Sequence record: MN871453.1
Length of the DNA: 64,000 nt
Reading direction: 5' to 3' (one strand)
The stretch's first letter is position 1. The number at the start of each line of letters is the position of its first letter. Made by a program: the position numbers and the translations under genes. Below, piece by piece: positions 54,291 to 63,408 of this stretch. Below the pieces are notes generated by a model that saw only the letters and a program-made list of their open reading frames with translations, made no database searches and was not told where the DNA came from.

Positions 54291-55982
54291 TTAGAAGTGA
54301 CGCGTCAGGGAATAGCGAACCATTACCCCGTCTTCATTTTCAGCCAGCAGCTGGAATTCACCCGTACTGCGGTAGATCTCCACACCGGTGTTTCCCGGAA
54401 TCTGCAGACCGGCTACAACCTGCCCTTCGACCTGCTCCAGCGGATTCGCCTGAGAGAATGCTTCGACAACCCGACGAACGTCACGAAGTTCGTGACCGAG
54501 GTCTTCAGCAAACAATGCGGATTGTTTCGCTACGTTATCTTTCCAGCCCTCAAGTACCAGAAGCATCCCGCGATCTGGTGTCTGATAGCTGAAGGTTTCT
54601 TTCCCGCCCCATACTGCCGGCGCGAGAGAAATACCCACTACCTTGACACGTTGACCCGCTGTCTCCGACCACTGACCAATCGGGCTTCCGTTTTGATAGC
54701 TGTAGCTCGCTACGCTGTTACGTTTCTCTTCGCTGTCCCAACGATAGATCGGTTTCGCATCCGGGTCGGCCTGCGCGGTGAATTGTGCGAAGTTATAACG
54801 GCCGTAGTGCCCGCCTCTTAACTCAACGAACAGTGCCTTCGCCTTCGGTAACACCTCCGCGATAAATTGCATCAGTGAAATATCCCCGCCACTTACCACC
54901 GAGCGCTGAGGCTCTGTTTTATTCTCTTTGGTTTTCAGGCCATCGAAAATACTTCCCTTAGCTTCAGTAGCCGCTTCTGTTTCTTTCGGCTGCCAGAACC
55001 ATTCCTGAATGTCAGCAAGCGTAGCGAAACGGCGACGGAACGCCGACTCAATCCCTAATTCAGCGACGAGTTTTTTCGCTTTTTCCAGCTGTTCTTCAGT
55101 TGGGGCTTCGGTTGCCCGCATGTAGTTGACGCCTTCGGTACGGATGCGGAATTGGTTAATCCCGTAACGCAGATTACCGTCTTTAATATCGTCGAGCAAC
55201 ACCCCAACCGCCGTAGTGTGGAAATGGATGATATCTTTGTTATCAAAGTCCATCGCTTCCCAAACCAGGTTGGTTTTGATATTGTTGTTTTTCGTTTCAT
55301 GGAAGGCTGTGTAGAGTTTGTGCCACTTCATGAATTGGTTTTTGAACTTGGTGAGGTGTTTCAGTTCACCGTATTCAAACAGTTCATAAGCGGCGCGGAC
55401 GGTATCTGCACCCCAGCGCAACAGACCGCTTTGAAGAATACGAACCAGCTCACGTGCCTCTGCTTCTTTACCCAGACGCTCTTCGTCGTTCTGATAAACG
55501 AAGATCAGTTCTTTCGACGCGCAGTTCAGGGTACCGTTGAAATGGCGGAATTTACCGGAATGCGGGAAAGAATAGTCAGCGACGTTTTCAACCACGATGT
55601 TCGCCACCGGACATTTTGAGATCACTTTATTTAACGCGCTCACGAAAGCGTAGACGTTGTTCGTTGGTTCGCCTTCTGCTTCCACGTCAACGTTAAACGC
55701 CATCGACTTCACTAACCCGTCGACAATCGTTACGTACTGACCGTATTTGTTCAACCAACGCTCACAGGTTTTGCAGCGGTACTGTTGGCGCTCTTCTTCC
55801 GGGAAAAGCTCCAGGTAGTGCTGGTATAAACTTTTCCCGGTGCTGTGTTCAACATCGACACGATAAATGTCATCGTTGATATCGTGCAGGGAAAGATTGT
55901 GTTCAATAACGTCTACTAAGGTTTCGTAGAAACGATCAGAAGCTTCGGTGACGGTATTAACAGCAACAATTTGATCAGTCAT
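54291..55982 (-). CDS. Large conserved hypothetical protein with a CxxC motif
   Basis: Likely start MTDQ (AAGGA SD); YLELFPEEERQQYRCKTCERW; strong codon bias. Confidence 0.7.
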   Translation of the reverse strand: MTDQIVAVNTVTEASDRFYETLVDVIEHNLSLHDINDDIYRVDVEHSTGKSLYQHYLELFPEEERQQYRCKTCERWLNKYGQYVTIVDGLVKSMAFNVDVEAEGEPTNNVYAFVSALNKVISKCPVANIVVENVADYSFPHSGKFRHFNGTLNCASKELIFVYQNDEERLGKEAEARELVRILQSGLLRWGADTVRAAYELFEYGELKHLTKFKNQFMKWHKLYTAFHETKNNNIKTNLVWEAMDFDNKDIIHFHTTAVGVLLDDIKDGNLRYGINQFRIRTEGVNYMRATEAPTEEQLEKAKKLVAELGIESAFRRRFATLADIQEWFWQPKETEAATEAKGSIFDGLKTKENKTEPQRSVVSGGDISLMQFIAEVLPKAKALFVELRGGHYGRYNFAQFTAQADPDAKPIYRWDSEEKRNSVASYSYQNGSPIGQWSETAGQRVKVVGISLAPAVWGGKETFSYQTPDRGMLLVLEGWKDNVAKQSALFAEDLGHELRDVRRVVEAFSQANPLEQVEGQVVAGLQIPGNTGVEIYRSTGEFQLLAENEDGVMVRYSLTRHF

Positions 55983-56034
55983 TCTTTTATCCTTTACAGT
56001 GAAATAGGTTCTATTCAAACAAATGAGAAGAGGT

Positions 56035-56547
56035 TTATTTTCGGAACAGTGAGAAGAAACGTTTAAAAAGACTCGGTTTCTTCTCTTCCGGAATAATGTT
56101 TTTCTCTATCACAACCGCTTCAGTACTTTCTTCTGCGGCCCCAACATTTTTAAACCGTTTTTCGGTCATTGACCGGGTCAGGTACTCGTTACCGAGATAA
56201 ACGTTTTTATTGCGAATAAAGTCACGGAAACTTTCTTGTGCTTCTACTGCTCGTCCTTTACTGTCGTAATAAACCCTATAGTTTCTGACACTGTTGTTAT
56301 CGACGCCTTGTAATAGGATCGTGTAACCCTCACCCGCTTCATTGATTTCGTCGGTGACCAGGTTTAAACACCTGGACGGAATAACAAACGTCGCGCTGTC
56401 ACCTAAGATTTCCAGTCCTTGGCCGTTATCAACAATCACCCAATAGCGGGCACTAAATGTTTTCAGCATTTTGTCAAACGGGAGCGGAAGGAGACCCTCA
56501 ACAGAACCCGTCTCGTTGGGGGTATCGCTTTTAAACTCAGTTTTCAT
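56035..56547 (-). CDS. Hypothetical protein
   Basis: 170 aa. Confidence 0.6.
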   Translation of the reverse strand: MKTEFKSDTPNETGSVEGLLPLPFDKMLKTFSARYWVIVDNGQGLEILGDSATFVIPSRCLNLVTDEINEAGEGYTILLQGVDNNSVRNYRVYYDSKGRAVEAQESFRDFIRNKNVYLGNEYLTRSMTEKRFKNVGAAEESTEAVVIEKNIIPEEKKPSLFKRFFSLFRK

Positions 56548-56905
56548 GGGGTAGCTCCGGTGTCAGGTCACCCACTTTCAGTACCGTGACAGCGTGATTT
56601 TCTCTATCGAACGGTACAAAAGCAATACAAAAATAACGTTCTTCTTGCATCAGCTGAACAATTTTCCCTTCTGCTTTGATGTCTTTCCCTTCCCACACAA
56701 CGGCAGTGAAAACCGTATCAAAATCAAACACTGAATCGCCGGTTGATTTTTTACATTCTGCTTCGGTTTCACTGGCAACGACGATCTTCGTGTCACCTAC
56801 GTAATAAAAACGTTTACCGTCACGAATATAGAAAGTGGCGTCGGCATCGCGCATAGGCTGAAAATCCACAAAATCCATTTCTTCTAAGATCATTGTTCTG
56901 GCCAT
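56537..56905 (-). CDS. Hypothetical protein
   Basis: 122 aa, GAGGA SD. Confidence 0.6.
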   Translation of the reverse strand: MARTMILEEMDFVDFQPMRDADATFYIRDGKRFYYVGDTKIVVASETEAECKKSTGDSVFDFDTVFTAVVWEGKDIKAEGKIVQLMQEERYFCIAFVPFDRENHAVTVLKVGDLTPELPHEN

Positions 56906-56907
56906 TT

Positions 56908-57213
56908 TTAATCCTCGTAATCGATAACTTCGTTAGTAAACGGAAAACGGTTCGCTAACATTTCCATACAGGTTCCAACCGAATCCCCGATGAAATAATA
57001 ATCGTAAAGCATTTCGTTTTCATGGCGATGTTTGACGTGCAGGATCAGTCCTTTCCGATCCGCTGCGTAGAAGTCGTTAAACCACGCAGAGGTGTTATAC
57101 TCACCTGCGCCGAATACCGCACGCAGATAATCCTTCACAGTCATCTGGCTGTTTTCTGGGAAGAAACCAAACGACTTGATTTCAAATAACTCAAAACGAT
57201 GTTCTAACTGCAT
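56908..57213 (-). CDS. Hypothetical protein
   Basis: 101 aa, AGGAG SD. Confidence 0.6.
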   Translation of the reverse strand: MQLEHRFELFEIKSFGFFPENSQMTVKDYLRAVFGAGEYNTSAWFNDFYAADRKGLILHVKHRHENEMLYDYYFIGDSVGTCMEMLANRFPFTNEVIDYED

Positions 57214-57246
57214 ACCGTATCTCCTTATTAAAAGTCCATAGAAGCT

Positions 57247-57270
57247 CTCCTGAGGCTTTCACCTCAGGAG
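57247..57270. terminator. Hairpin, probable terminator
   Basis: CTCCTGAGG-CTTTCA-CCTCAGGAG. Confidence 0.6.
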
Positions 57271-57276
57271 ACAATA

Positions 57277-57897
57277 CTATTTACGCTTTTTCTTTTTGGA
57301 ACGCCCACCGGCGTGTTTAGAGACGTTTTTCTGAGGTTTCCATGGCGAAGTAAAGAGATTGCGTTTTCCGCCCATACTGAAACCCCCGTTGAAAGAGAAA
57401 CTGGTTTGGAATTCAGCCGGTAACGCTTCTTTGAATTTGGTTTTCCACGCCAACCGCAGCGCTGACTGAATCACCTGGAAACTACCCGGAACAAACCAGT
57501 CACCGGGGTTACGTTCGATCAGCGTTTTCCCGCCGTAGCTCGCAGTAACGCTGTTCTCTTCTTGGTTAACAACGACGCTGACAACGGGATGTTCGATTGC
57601 CGGTTTCTCATCGCTAAGCTGAGACATACTGTCTATTTCGACAGTGTCTCCAGACTGCGAATAGTTTTGAGCTTTACGCAGATCAGGGATAAAAGCTGGC
57701 TCATCTAAGTAAGCAAGTTGACTTTTTTCTATCGGGGTTTCTGCTGCCATTAACTGTATTTTTTCTTCAGAAATAAAGGCAGGGTCGTCTACCGGAGTAG
57801 TGAATCGCGTATGTCCTCGACCGAGAACTTCATGTTTCTCCGCGGGCGTTTCGGTGGTGATAGCAGTTTCTGTAACTTCGATTTTTTTACTTTCCAT
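57277..57897 (-). CDS. Hypothetical protein (acidic N-terminus, basic tail)
   Basis: 206 aa, AAGGA SD. Confidence 0.65.
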   Translation of the reverse strand: MESKKIEVTETAITTETPAEKHEVLGRGHTRFTTPVDDPAFISEEKIQLMAAETPIEKSQLAYLDEPAFIPDLRKAQNYSQSGDTVEIDSMSQLSDEKPAIEHPVVSVVVNQEENSVTASYGGKTLIERNPGDWFVPGSFQVIQSALRLAWKTKFKEALPAEFQTSFSFNGGFSMGGKRNLFTSPWKPQKNVSKHAGGRSKKKKRK

Positions 57898-57922
57898 TTT
57901 ATTTTCCTTTTTAAGAAAATGA

Positions 57923-58255
57923 TTAACGACGGCGTTTAATTTTAATCGGTTTACTGCGCACTTTCTTCTTTGTCACCGTCCGACCTTTAGCGTGTTTAGA
58001 AACACGGATTGCTTCCAGTCGTTCGATCTCATGATCAATCGTTTTCCCATTCTCATCCAGAATACGATTAAGTACGGTGATCTCGATATTCTTTGCTTTT
58101 ACTTTTAATAACGGAAAGTGTTTCTTAAAAATGTCTGCAAGGATATCGAAATTGATAGTGGATGTTTTTGGATCTACGGCATCACGGAACATGGTGTGAT
58201 GAAGAGCATGTCCCTGAACGCGCGCAGAGAGTGTATTCTTTACCCGTTCTTTCAC
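57923..58255 (-). CDS. Basic hypothetical protein
   Basis: 110 aa, Lys/Arg-rich tail. Confidence 0.6.
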   Translation of the reverse strand: MKERVKNTLSARVQGHALHHTMFRDAVDPKTSTINFDILADIFKKHFPLLKVKAKNIEITVLNRILDENGKTIDHEIERLEAIRVSKHAKGRTVTKKKVRSKPIKIKRRR

Positions 58256-58320
58256 GGTGGCGTTCTCCAGAGGCGTTAGAGGATTCTGTTCACAGATACG
58301 TCACGCGCCTAAAAAATAAT

Positions 58321-58341
58321 GAGAGGGGACGAACCCCTCTC
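58321..58341 (-). terminator. Terminator hairpin
   Basis: GAGAGGGG-ACGAA-CCCCTCTC. Confidence 0.7.
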
Positions 58342-58350
58342 TCTTCAATG

Positions 58351-58824
58351 TCAATTAACGAAATAGATGATCACATCTTCTGACAACGTAAAGTTGGTCA
58401 GTAACGCGTCGTAGAACTTTTCTTTGCGAACGCGCGTAAAGTAGAAATACGCTTCGTCAACGTAGACGTGCGTAATCGGCGCTTCGCGGTAAAACTGAGT
58501 GTAACCGCGCTCATACGGTTTCCCAGCAATAGCCCTGACCTTTTCCGTCGGTGGATTAGCGTCACCGTAGAGACGCGCCTCAAAGTCATCCAGAAGCGTT
58601 TCTGTCGGGAGAAAGACCATCGAGTACTTAGGGTTTTTCTTCACTCGATCGAGTACCCATTTCGTCTTACCGGTTTGACGCGGTATTTTAAACCCGATTG
58701 TCCGACATTCGCGGAGAATGGTACCACGTCGCCAATCAATTCGTTTCGCCATTTCCGAGGTCTCAGAAATCAACGTTTTCTCTAGTGTCTGCGCTATCAA
58801 TTCGAAATCAACTTTCTTAGCCAT
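58351..58824 (-). CDS. Small single-domain P-loop NTPase, terminase-ATPase-like motifs
   Basis: IPRQTGKT Walker A and HVYVDEA Walker B in only 157 aa. Confidence 0.6.
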   Translation of the reverse strand: MAKKVDFELIAQTLEKTLISETSEMAKRIDWRRGTILRECRTIGFKIPRQTGKTKWVLDRVKKNPKYSMVFLPTETLLDDFEARLYGDANPPTEKVRAIAGKPYERGYTQFYREAPITHVYVDEAYFYFTRVRKEKFYDALLTNFTLSEDVIIYFVN

Positions 58825-58854
58825 GACGTCTTTAACCTTTTAACGTTTTAACGT

Positions 58855-59205
58855 TTACAAAGAATGGAACCAACCGTTTTCGTCTGGTTCCTCGGGGAAT
58901 TTAAAACTGACCGTTTTATTGCGTTTAGCGAACTCTTGGTAGACCTTAGTACCGACCCAAAACCCGCGCCGTACAATTTCAACATCGTCCCCGTTCAGCC
59001 GGAAAGAGAAGCGTTGCTTCTCCGGGTTTATCTCAATGTCCAGGAAATGGCCATCTTCTAATTCTTCTACCGCGGACGTAAAGCGAAAATAGCCGCTTTT
59101 GTAAAGGCACCCTGCCCGACTGGTTTGTCTGGAATTACCTACATTTTTAGGGACGGAAAGAAAACGCAAATTATCCAAATCAAGTTTCATGTTAATACCT
59201 GTCAA
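58855..59205 (-). CDS. Hypothetical protein
   Basis: About 111-116 aa. Confidence 0.6.
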   Translation of the reverse strand: MTGINMKLDLDNLRFLSVPKNVGNSRQTSRAGCLYKSGYFRFTSAVEELEDGHFLDIEINPEKQRFSFRLNGDDVEIVRRGFWVGTKVYQEFAKRNKTVSFKFPEEPDENGWFHSL

Positions 59206-59528
59206 TCGGTAAAGGTAATTGAAAAAGTTCCTTCGTTGCGATGCCAGTTAACCAGGAAGGGTAACCCTATTTCTTTTAAGATCTCGTTCAACGCACTTGC
59301 GGGAGTTTCTTGCTGACTTCTCCCGAAAAAGGGATTAGCGATAGTATTTTGTAGCTCCCAGAAACAGTTACCGTTTTTCCGCTTCTTAGAGAAGCGTTTT
59401 CGGGACGTGACGGGTTGTTTCAGATAGAGATGCAAAGGGCCTTTGTTACTCTGAACCACCACTAAACGTACAAACTGGTCGCTGTAACGTAACTCACCAA
59501 ACAAAATGTCTTTGATTTTCTTTAGCAT
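59202..59528 (-). CDS. Hypothetical protein
   Basis: 108 aa. Confidence 0.6.
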   Translation of the reverse strand: MLKKIKDILFGELRYSDQFVRLVVVQSNKGPLHLYLKQPVTSRKRFSKKRKNGNCFWELQNTIANPFFGRSQQETPASALNEILKEIGLPFLVNWHRNEGTFSITFTD

Positions 59529-59755
59529 TCGTTTAAATCTCCAGTAATCATCGTGGTTAAATTCCTGACTTTATTCAGGGTCGCAATGTCTTTTTCGACC
59601 GAGGCCACCGGGATATTGTAAAAGAAAGCGATCTCTTCTACTCGCATACCATGACTGGCAGCGTTCTCCATCGTTCGGGCGATCTGCGGATTTTCGAGTT
59701 GTGACATCAGTTCGTCAAACTCGGCCAGGTAAGCCAGATATTTGTCACGTTGCAT
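59522..59755 (-). CDS. Small HTH protein
   Basis: HGMRVEEIAFFYNIPVASVEKDI. Confidence 0.55.
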   Translation of the reverse strand: MQRDKYLAYLAEFDELMSQLENPQIARTMENAASHGMRVEEIAFFYNIPVASVEKDIATLNKVRNLTTMITGDLNEC

Positions 59756-59787
59756 CCTTAGGTACCTTTTTACTGTGGCGGGTCAAA

Positions 59788-60087
59788 CTACTCATCGTAC
59801 CCTTCTAATAGCGGGCTATGTCCGTTTTTAGAGATCCAAGCCTCCGCTAACTTATCAGATTTTTTCATAATCTCGGTGGCCTCGGTATAAATTTTAATAT
59901 CATGATCGACATCATCTACCGGAACAGAAAAAGCGGCGGCAATTGTCTCGTCGTCTAAACCGTTTTCTCGGAACTGAATAAAGTAATGAGGTAAGTCAGT
60001 CCCGTGGTGTCTCGCGGTAAAAAGTTGATCGTATCCTTTCATCCAAAGTTGATGGATTTCCATTTCTTCCTGTTTTTCTTTTGTCAT
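59788..60087 (-). CDS. Small HTH protein, probable paralogue of 59522
   Basis: NGLDDETIAAAFSVPVDDVDHDI; GAGGTG SD. Confidence 0.55.
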   Translation of the reverse strand: MTKEKQEEMEIHQLWMKGYDQLFTARHHGTDLPHYFIQFRENGLDDETIAAAFSVPVDDVDHDIKIYTEATEIMKKSDKLAEAWISKNGHSPLLEGYDE

Positions 60088-60115
60088 ATTTTCACCTCTT
60101 TCTGAATTTTATACA

Positions 60116-61090
60116 TCAGTCTTCCTTACTGCTCCCGGAAACTACGCTAGTACGAATCCACTTTATTTTCAGTTGGCGATTAGGGCTATTACGAGCACCG
60201 GTCCAATAGCCGTGCCAGTGTGCCCGTCTGATATGCGCTGCTCGCCCGGTCGTCTTCTGTCCTTTCTTTCGCTTCTCGATTTCTTCGAGGTAATCGACCC
60301 CTACTGGAAACTTACGGTGCGCGTTCAGGAACCGTAGGCTATAGTGTTTACCCGACCGTTTCATCTGGGTAAGTCGAAAGGTATTACGGAAGTCAGCGCG
60401 GTCTTGCAACTCGTATTCCTGCGCAACAAACAATGCCACGTTGAGTAGCTTAGTGTACGTTTCACGGTACCCGTCACGCATTAGAATATCGACAGCTTTA
60501 ACCGTATCGATATTGTATTCTTTTGCAGCCCGTACAATAGTAGGGTCAGAAGCAATGACCTCCTCCAGTGTCAAACCTTCATCAAACGGGAAGAATAACG
60601 TTTGCGGGAAGCCGTTATCGTTATACGGGTAAACGATCGTTAGACCCTCTTTCCCGCTCCAGTGTGTAACCGTAGAAAGGAAAATCCCTTCGATAGTCGG
60701 TTCCTCCGGGAGAGGGTGTTTGATAGGGCACGCTGAAAGGTCGACATACCCGGTCCAATGAGGGATAGTTTTCAAAACACTGAGCGGCAATTTACCGTTG
60801 AATTCAGAGTCCAATACATCGGGTAATAATTCAGTAGGGATCTGATATTCAGGTTTAGTAATTTGCCAGCAATACGCCATGCTCATATGCCAAAAGATTT
60901 CACGATAATACGGGTTAGTTAAATCGATCTTATTGTTCCAGTTACGATTCTCTCCCCATATTTCGATAGGGTAGAAATACGGTGGAACCTCCCCTTTCTT
61001 TTCCGTGAGGATACGATTGAAGAAATCCTTCGCGTCCCATGCCCGTAAACGGGGTAAGAGCGTTTTCTCCACTGTCTCCAGTATTTTCAT
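60116..61090 (-). CDS. AcrVA2/FinQ-family-like protein
   Basis: 324 aa; W..T...Y.I..EL...L.D....GKLP..VL..IPHW..YV and C-terminal AHIRRAHWHGYWTG...LKIKWI, matching my recollection of the family. Confidence 0.65.
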   Translation of the reverse strand: MKILETVEKTLLPRLRAWDAKDFFNRILTEKKGEVPPYFYPIEIWGENRNWNNKIDLTNPYYREIFWHMSMAYCWQITKPEYQIPTELLPDVLDSEFNGKLPLSVLKTIPHWTGYVDLSACPIKHPLPEEPTIEGIFLSTVTHWSGKEGLTIVYPYNDNGFPQTLFFPFDEGLTLEEVIASDPTIVRAAKEYNIDTVKAVDILMRDGYRETYTKLLNVALFVAQEYELQDRADFRNTFRLTQMKRSGKHYSLRFLNAHRKFPVGVDYLEEIEKRKKGQKTTGRAAHIRRAHWHGYWTGARNSPNRQLKIKWIRTSVVSGSSKED

Positions 61091-61393
61091 TTAGCTCTCC
61101 TCAGACTCGCGTGTTCCCAGGTTCCCGTTTCCGTTAAAGACGATTTGATAGTCTAACGTACCTTTACTGTTCAGCTCCTCTAAATGCTCAGAGACGGCCT
61201 CGTTATAGGGTTTGAGTAAGTGGTTCTTACCCAGCGCCTCTAGCGTCATGAAAATGATCAGAGTACTTTGATCAATCGGCGTAATGTTCTTATTCGTCAA
61301 GATCTCAATGACACGCGGAATATTCGCCTTGAGTTTCTCTAGGTCTTCATTCACCCGTAATCCCCTTATAAAACAATTCCATCCCTTTCTCAA
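61091..61393 (-). CDS. Hypothetical protein (start uncertain)
   Basis: 100 aa. Confidence 0.55.
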   Translation of the reverse strand: MRKGWNCFIRGLRVNEDLEKLKANIPRVIEILTNKNITPIDQSTLIIFMTLEALGKNHLLKPYNEAVSEHLEELNSKGTLDYQIVFNGNGNLGTRESEES

Positions 61394-61943
61394 CGTTACT
61401 GCAAAAGACAGAGAAAAGCGCCTCTCGTAGCGATTGCGGCCGGAAGGGGTTATTGGCCTGCACGTGAACGTCGTAAACCGCTTTGTTTGCTAAACGTGCA
61501 GTGAACGTTTGTTTTGTCAATTTAAGCGTCTTGACGTCATGGCCGTAGGATTTACAGACCTTCCGTCCCTCGGTAAAGACCAACCCCATCGCACCGTGAC
61601 CAACCAAAAGTTTGTCAGTCGGTACGAGTAGCGGGTGCTCTTTAGTACGGGGGCTAACAACCGTCCACCACATGTTCACAGGGATGAACCAATATGCATC
61701 TTTCGGGTTAAGATGCGTCCAGTCGCGGATGCAGTTGTACATCTCTTCCTGCGTGGTCGGGCGGAAGTCGACCTGAACCCCGTTCATATTTTCACTGTGG
61801 TCATATTCGTAGATTTTACGGCCCATCTTAACCGAATAGACAAAGGCAATAATCGAATTATCTTGACGTAAAAGATTTTCTCTTGCCCATTTGCCGTATT
61901 CGATCTCTAACGCGATGACCTTTTCTGCAATGCTGTTTTCCAT
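61347..61943 (-). CDS. Hypothetical protein
   Basis: 198 aa, AAGGA SD. Confidence 0.65.
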   Translation of the reverse strand: MENSIAEKVIALEIEYGKWARENLLRQDNSIIAFVYSVKMGRKIYEYDHSENMNGVQVDFRPTTQEEMYNCIRDWTHLNPKDAYWFIPVNMWWTVVSPRTKEHPLLVPTDKLLVGHGAMGLVFTEGRKVCKSYGHDVKTLKLTKQTFTARLANKAVYDVHVQANNPFRPQSLREALFSVFCSNVEKGMELFYKGITGE

Positions 61944-61955
61944 CTCGATTCCTTA

Positions 61956-62318
61956 TTAATGGGCTGTGGGACGTAAGGACTCGATTTTGTTCAAAACAAG
62001 ATCGATATTCGCGCCGAAATCAGTCCCTGCCATTTCTGTTTTGAGCGTGGTATAAAGCTCATCGAGTGTCTCGAACGGGATATCTGTTTCCGGCGAGTCC
62101 TTTTTCCCCAGCGTGATGATTTCGCCACGGTGAAGTACGGCCGCCGCCTCCAGTAAGCTCAGTTCGTTGGTTTGACTTACGTCAAAGAGTTTGTTGATAG
62201 TGACTGGTTTACGGGCGGTAATGATATTTCCGATCGCGCCGATGTGATAACCAACCACAAATTTTGATTTTTGAAACTGTGCAAACAATTCAGGGTCGAA
62301 AGTCTTCAGGGTTTTCAT
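61956..62318 (-). CDS. Hypothetical protein
   Basis: 120 aa, GAGGA SD. Confidence 0.65.
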   Translation of the reverse strand: MKTLKTFDPELFAQFQKSKFVVGYHIGAIGNIITARKPVTINKLFDVSQTNELSLLEAAAVLHRGEIITLGKKDSPETDIPFETLDELYTTLKTEMAGTDFGANIDLVLNKIESLRPTAH

Positions 62319-62347
62319 GTATTATTTCCTCTTTTAGTGAGTAGAAA

Positions 62348-62536
62348 TTAAATATCTAAAGTGGGGTTCCACCAAGTAGCCAGGCCGTCCAGCTCTTTGA
62401 CAACTTTCGCTGCCTGTCGTGCAGGAATACGATACTTTCTTGCGACTCGGCGTTTTGCGCTTTTTACCGTGGTCATACAGGTGGACAGATCGTAAGTGAC
62501 CAGGTTATCGATTTTCTTACGTAGTGATTCTTTCAT
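62348..62536 (-). CDS. Small basic hypothetical protein
   Basis: 62 aa. Confidence 0.55.
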   Translation of the reverse strand: MKESLRKKIDNLVTYDLSTCMTTVKSAKRRVARKYRIPARQAAKVVKELDGLATWWNPTLDI

Positions 62537-62550
62537 TGTTTGGTTCTCTG

Positions 62551-62817
62551 TTATTGGATAATGATGGCGTTGTCGCTTTTCTTGAGGATCTGTTCACGGG
62601 TGTAGAGTTGATTATCAAAACCCGTAGATGAGATAAAAACGCTGTTACCGAAATTGATGTAGCAGCCATCGCTATAAATGACTTCCACTTGTGAATAAAG
62701 TCGTTTCGTTAGTTTACACTGCTCTAAATCGTATTCTTTCTTTTTAGAAAGAAAATAAGGCGTTGCCAGCAGCATTAGAATAACCAGACCAAGAAGAACA
62801 TATGTCAATTTTTTCAT
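62551..62817 (-). CDS. Small membrane-anchored protein
   Basis: N-terminal TM, two Cys. Confidence 0.6.
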   Translation of the reverse strand: MKKLTYVLLGLVILMLLATPYFLSKKKEYDLEQCKLTKRLYSQVEVIYSDGCYINFGNSVFISSTGFDNQLYTREQILKKSDNAIIIQ

Positions 62818-63074
62818 GCGAGTTTCTCTCTCAGTGCCATGTAAAGTAAACCGACCTGATCGGCGATGATTTTTCCCCGGCTGATGACAATCGGTTTCTG
62901 CGTTCCGTAGAACTCAATCGTTAATTTGATAAAAGGGACATCACCAAGTATCCCTTTTAATTTACGGCATTCTTCTTCCTTGCGGACGTTTCTGACATCA
63001 CGAAGAAAGAAAATGTAATTCTTATCGTTATCGTCAACAATGACTTTATTACCTACGATGCTAAACTTAGGCAT
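62814..63074 (-). CDS. Hypothetical protein
   Basis: 86 aa. Confidence 0.55.
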   Translation of the reverse strand: MPKFSIVGNKVIVDDNDKNYIFFLRDVRNVRKEEECRKLKGILGDVPFIKLTIEFYGTQKPIVISRGKIIADQVGLLYMALREKLA

Positions 63075-63408
63075 GTTTTCTTACCTTAACTAAGGGAACT
63101 TCGATCGATTTAATGTTGTTGATTTTATAGCGCTGATTAGAAACCCCAAAGGAGCGTACTCGAATTCCAGTCTCTCCAACGAAACGTAAATGAGAGAGGG
63201 TAGAGAGTAAAGTAACAAAGTCTCTTTTGGTTATTGGGCTCCATCCCAGGATAGCAACAGCGTTTTTCCCAACCAAACTCTCGATACAAATTTGAACAGG
63301 GTAGGTGTTAGGAGCGGCCAGAGACCGCTCCTCAATGACCGCTTCTAACCAATTGCTAAGAGGAACGGATTCCTCTAACGTGGGGATACGGTATTCTTTA
63401 ACTGCCAT
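63067..63408 (-). CDS. Hypothetical protein
   Basis: Likely start MAVKE. Confidence 0.55.
   Translation of the reverse strand: MAVKEYRIPTLEESVPLSNWLEAVIEERSLAAPNTYPVQICIESLVGKNAVAILGWSPITKRDFVTLLSTLSHLRFVGETGIRVRSFGVSNQRYKINNIKSIEVPLVKVRKHA

Noticed and set aside
58351-58824. Terminase large subunit
   Set aside because: Too short, no nuclease domain, and not in a structural module. The real terL is expected beyond the gp27-like gene, left of this window.
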